Assembly: GCF_009914755.1 (NCBI RefSeq)
Contig: NC_060926.1
Strand: one strand, 5' to 3'
DNA from: the human T2T-CHM13v2.0 reference genome, Homo sapiens
Length of the DNA: 64,000 bases
Under the pieces are notes generated by a model. It was not told where the DNA came from and did not search any database. It saw only the letters and a list, made by a program, of their open reading frames with translations. The translations under genes and the position numbers were made by a program. Positions 62,331 through 64,000 of this stretch are shown piece after piece; the stretch's first letter is position 1; each line of letters begins with the position of its first letter.

Positions 62331-63904
62331 TAAAACAAAATGGCACAGGCAGTCTGAGCTGTGGATTGAGAGTCAAAGGACCTGAGTTTTCTTCTTTTTT
62401 GTTTCCCAACATAATGTGTTTTGGCTGTAATAAACCTCAGTTTCTCCATCTGCATGATGGGTTAACACTAGTTTTCTTTACCCCAGGTTGACAGAATATT
62501 TATTTTTATAATGCTTCTAACTCACCGAATGCAAGGGTTCATATAAATTTGGTCCTGGGAGAATGAAGGGCAGGAGGGAAAGGAAAAAATAAATAGGCAT
62601 AATTAATTTTAAAAGGAAAGATCATCTGCTTTAATCGGAAATGTATGTGTATTGTGCCCCTAGTCAGAGTTTTAAGTGCACTTCGTGTTAGTTAGCAACT
62701 TCAATTTAAAGTGCTGTGTGATCCTCTGGGCTTTGAAGATATGAATTCTCTATACATACACATGAGCTAAAATTACCGCATAATCACGAGGATGTGTGCA
62801 CTTTGAATAATTGAATGCACTAAACATCTCCAGCTGATGGATTGATGATGTGGGAGAGTAGTGCAAAACCCACGTGACACGGAAGATTACAAGACATTTT
62901 GAAATGATAGCTTAATTTTCAACCTTTTTTTTTTTTTTTTTTGCTTGTGCTTTCTCTTTTAGCGATTATGGGCAAGTAAAAGAGATTTGATTATCTTGTT
63001 TCCTGTGAAAGGTTATTTAGCCCCTCAATCCCATTAAGTCACTTTCTGCACTCCAGTGCACTGAGCCTTCAGGTTATCAGCCCAGGAAGAGTAAATGGAG
63101 ACACCAGGATCAGATTTCTAAAGGAAGGAAAGTTAAAGCAAAGTTTGAAAGGGGTGACAGCCAACAGCCATGAGCTTAGGAACTCAATTAGACTAAAAAG
63201 ACAACTATCTCATTATCTCGTTCCGAAATGATCTAAATACATAAGAATCTAAAAGTTTTAAATAAACTTGTCCTGCCGACTGTCTAGATGACTGAATTTC
63301 CCTTCTCAAAAAATTTTTAAACACCCGCTTTCATATTTATTTATTCTAAGAGTGAAGCAGCTGCGATAATTATGCTGTCAGCCTCGGGAAGCTAATGAGG
63401 AGTCACCAGAGTGGAAGGTTTTGCATTTGTGAGATTGCTGAAGGAGAGCCGCGCTGCAGCTTTTTTCGTTTTTTATTTCCCTTTCTTTCTTTCTTCCTCC
63501 TTTTTCTTTTTCTATGAGTTGGGAAGGAGAGTCTGGCAGTCCACAGCCAAATTGGAATCCTTTTGATTAACCGGTTGCCTTCCCAGCATGTTCTGCCAGA
63601 TAGTGTCTCTCTCTCTCTCCCTCCCTCCCTGCTTTTGAGGAGCTGCTGCTTTTGAGGGGCAAGGAAGCCGGAGGGAAATCCCAGCTTTTCATGCCACTGT
63701 CCCCAAGGCAAGAGGATACTTCTCCCCGAGAGAAGTTCCCCAAATGGTTTGGATTTGAGTTGATTTGAGAATAATTGGTAAAGTATACGCACTGTTTATT
63801 TTAGCCATTTAACTGTCTATGCTATGACAAGATCTAATAGAAAGTAGAATACAAAATTGCATATTATAATATCCGTGTGAAAATGTCTTATGCATATCAA
63901 CAAA
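62118..63904 (+). repeat. Paired about 87-bp direct duplication (62118-62203 and 63818-63904)
   Basis: Exact 25-mer tagaatacaaaattgcatattataa at 62145 and 63845; about 78% identity overall. Confidence 0.75.
63351..63355 (+). CDS. CDK15: Possible alternative CDK15 exon start giving ...LPDE-stop (C-terminally truncated isoform)
   Basis: tttcatatttatttattctaAG acceptor at 63349-63350; G+AG TGA reads E-stop in the phase-1 frame. A roughly 400-aa isoform is recalled but not verified. Confidence 0.3.
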
Positions 63905-64000
63905 TGGTATGATGGCTCCCCTTTCCAGCCTATTTGGAATATGCGATTCCAAATACAAGACAACGAGACCCCAGATTACCCACAGCATTTAAGGGCAGAA

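Overview
Human genomic DNA (primate Alu/L1PA repeats plus a human-specific AluYb8) covering the 3' half of a PFTAIRE-type cyclin-dependent kinase gene on the + strand, recognised as CDK15 (PFTK2/ALS2CR7, 2q33). Six GT-AG coding exons (8743-8866, 10538-10658, 22264-22357, 29757-29820, 47182-47230, 54920-55059) splice in frame. They encode the HRDLKPQN catalytic loop, DFG, the [12 protein letters not shown] activation segment and the C-lobe. The 5' exons and the usual C-terminal exon lie outside the window. The rest is intron rich in Alu, L1, L2, MIR, MaLR/MER21 LTRs, MER DNA transposons and microsatellites. Nearly all ORF-track entries are repeat or low-complexity artefacts. I see no CRISPR, RNA gene or foreign gene cluster, and I cannot support a claim of a new biological system. 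The most unusual observations are: four separate 73-98 bp short paired direct duplications 0.6-1.8 kb apart, three of which bracket motif-rich enhancer-like blocks; a very young AluYb8 with a perfect TSD; a TCF/LEF site cluster; candidate alternative acceptors; a MADE1 hairpin; and a (GGAA)12 microsatellite. Coordinates and subfamily calls of old repeats are approximate, read by eye.
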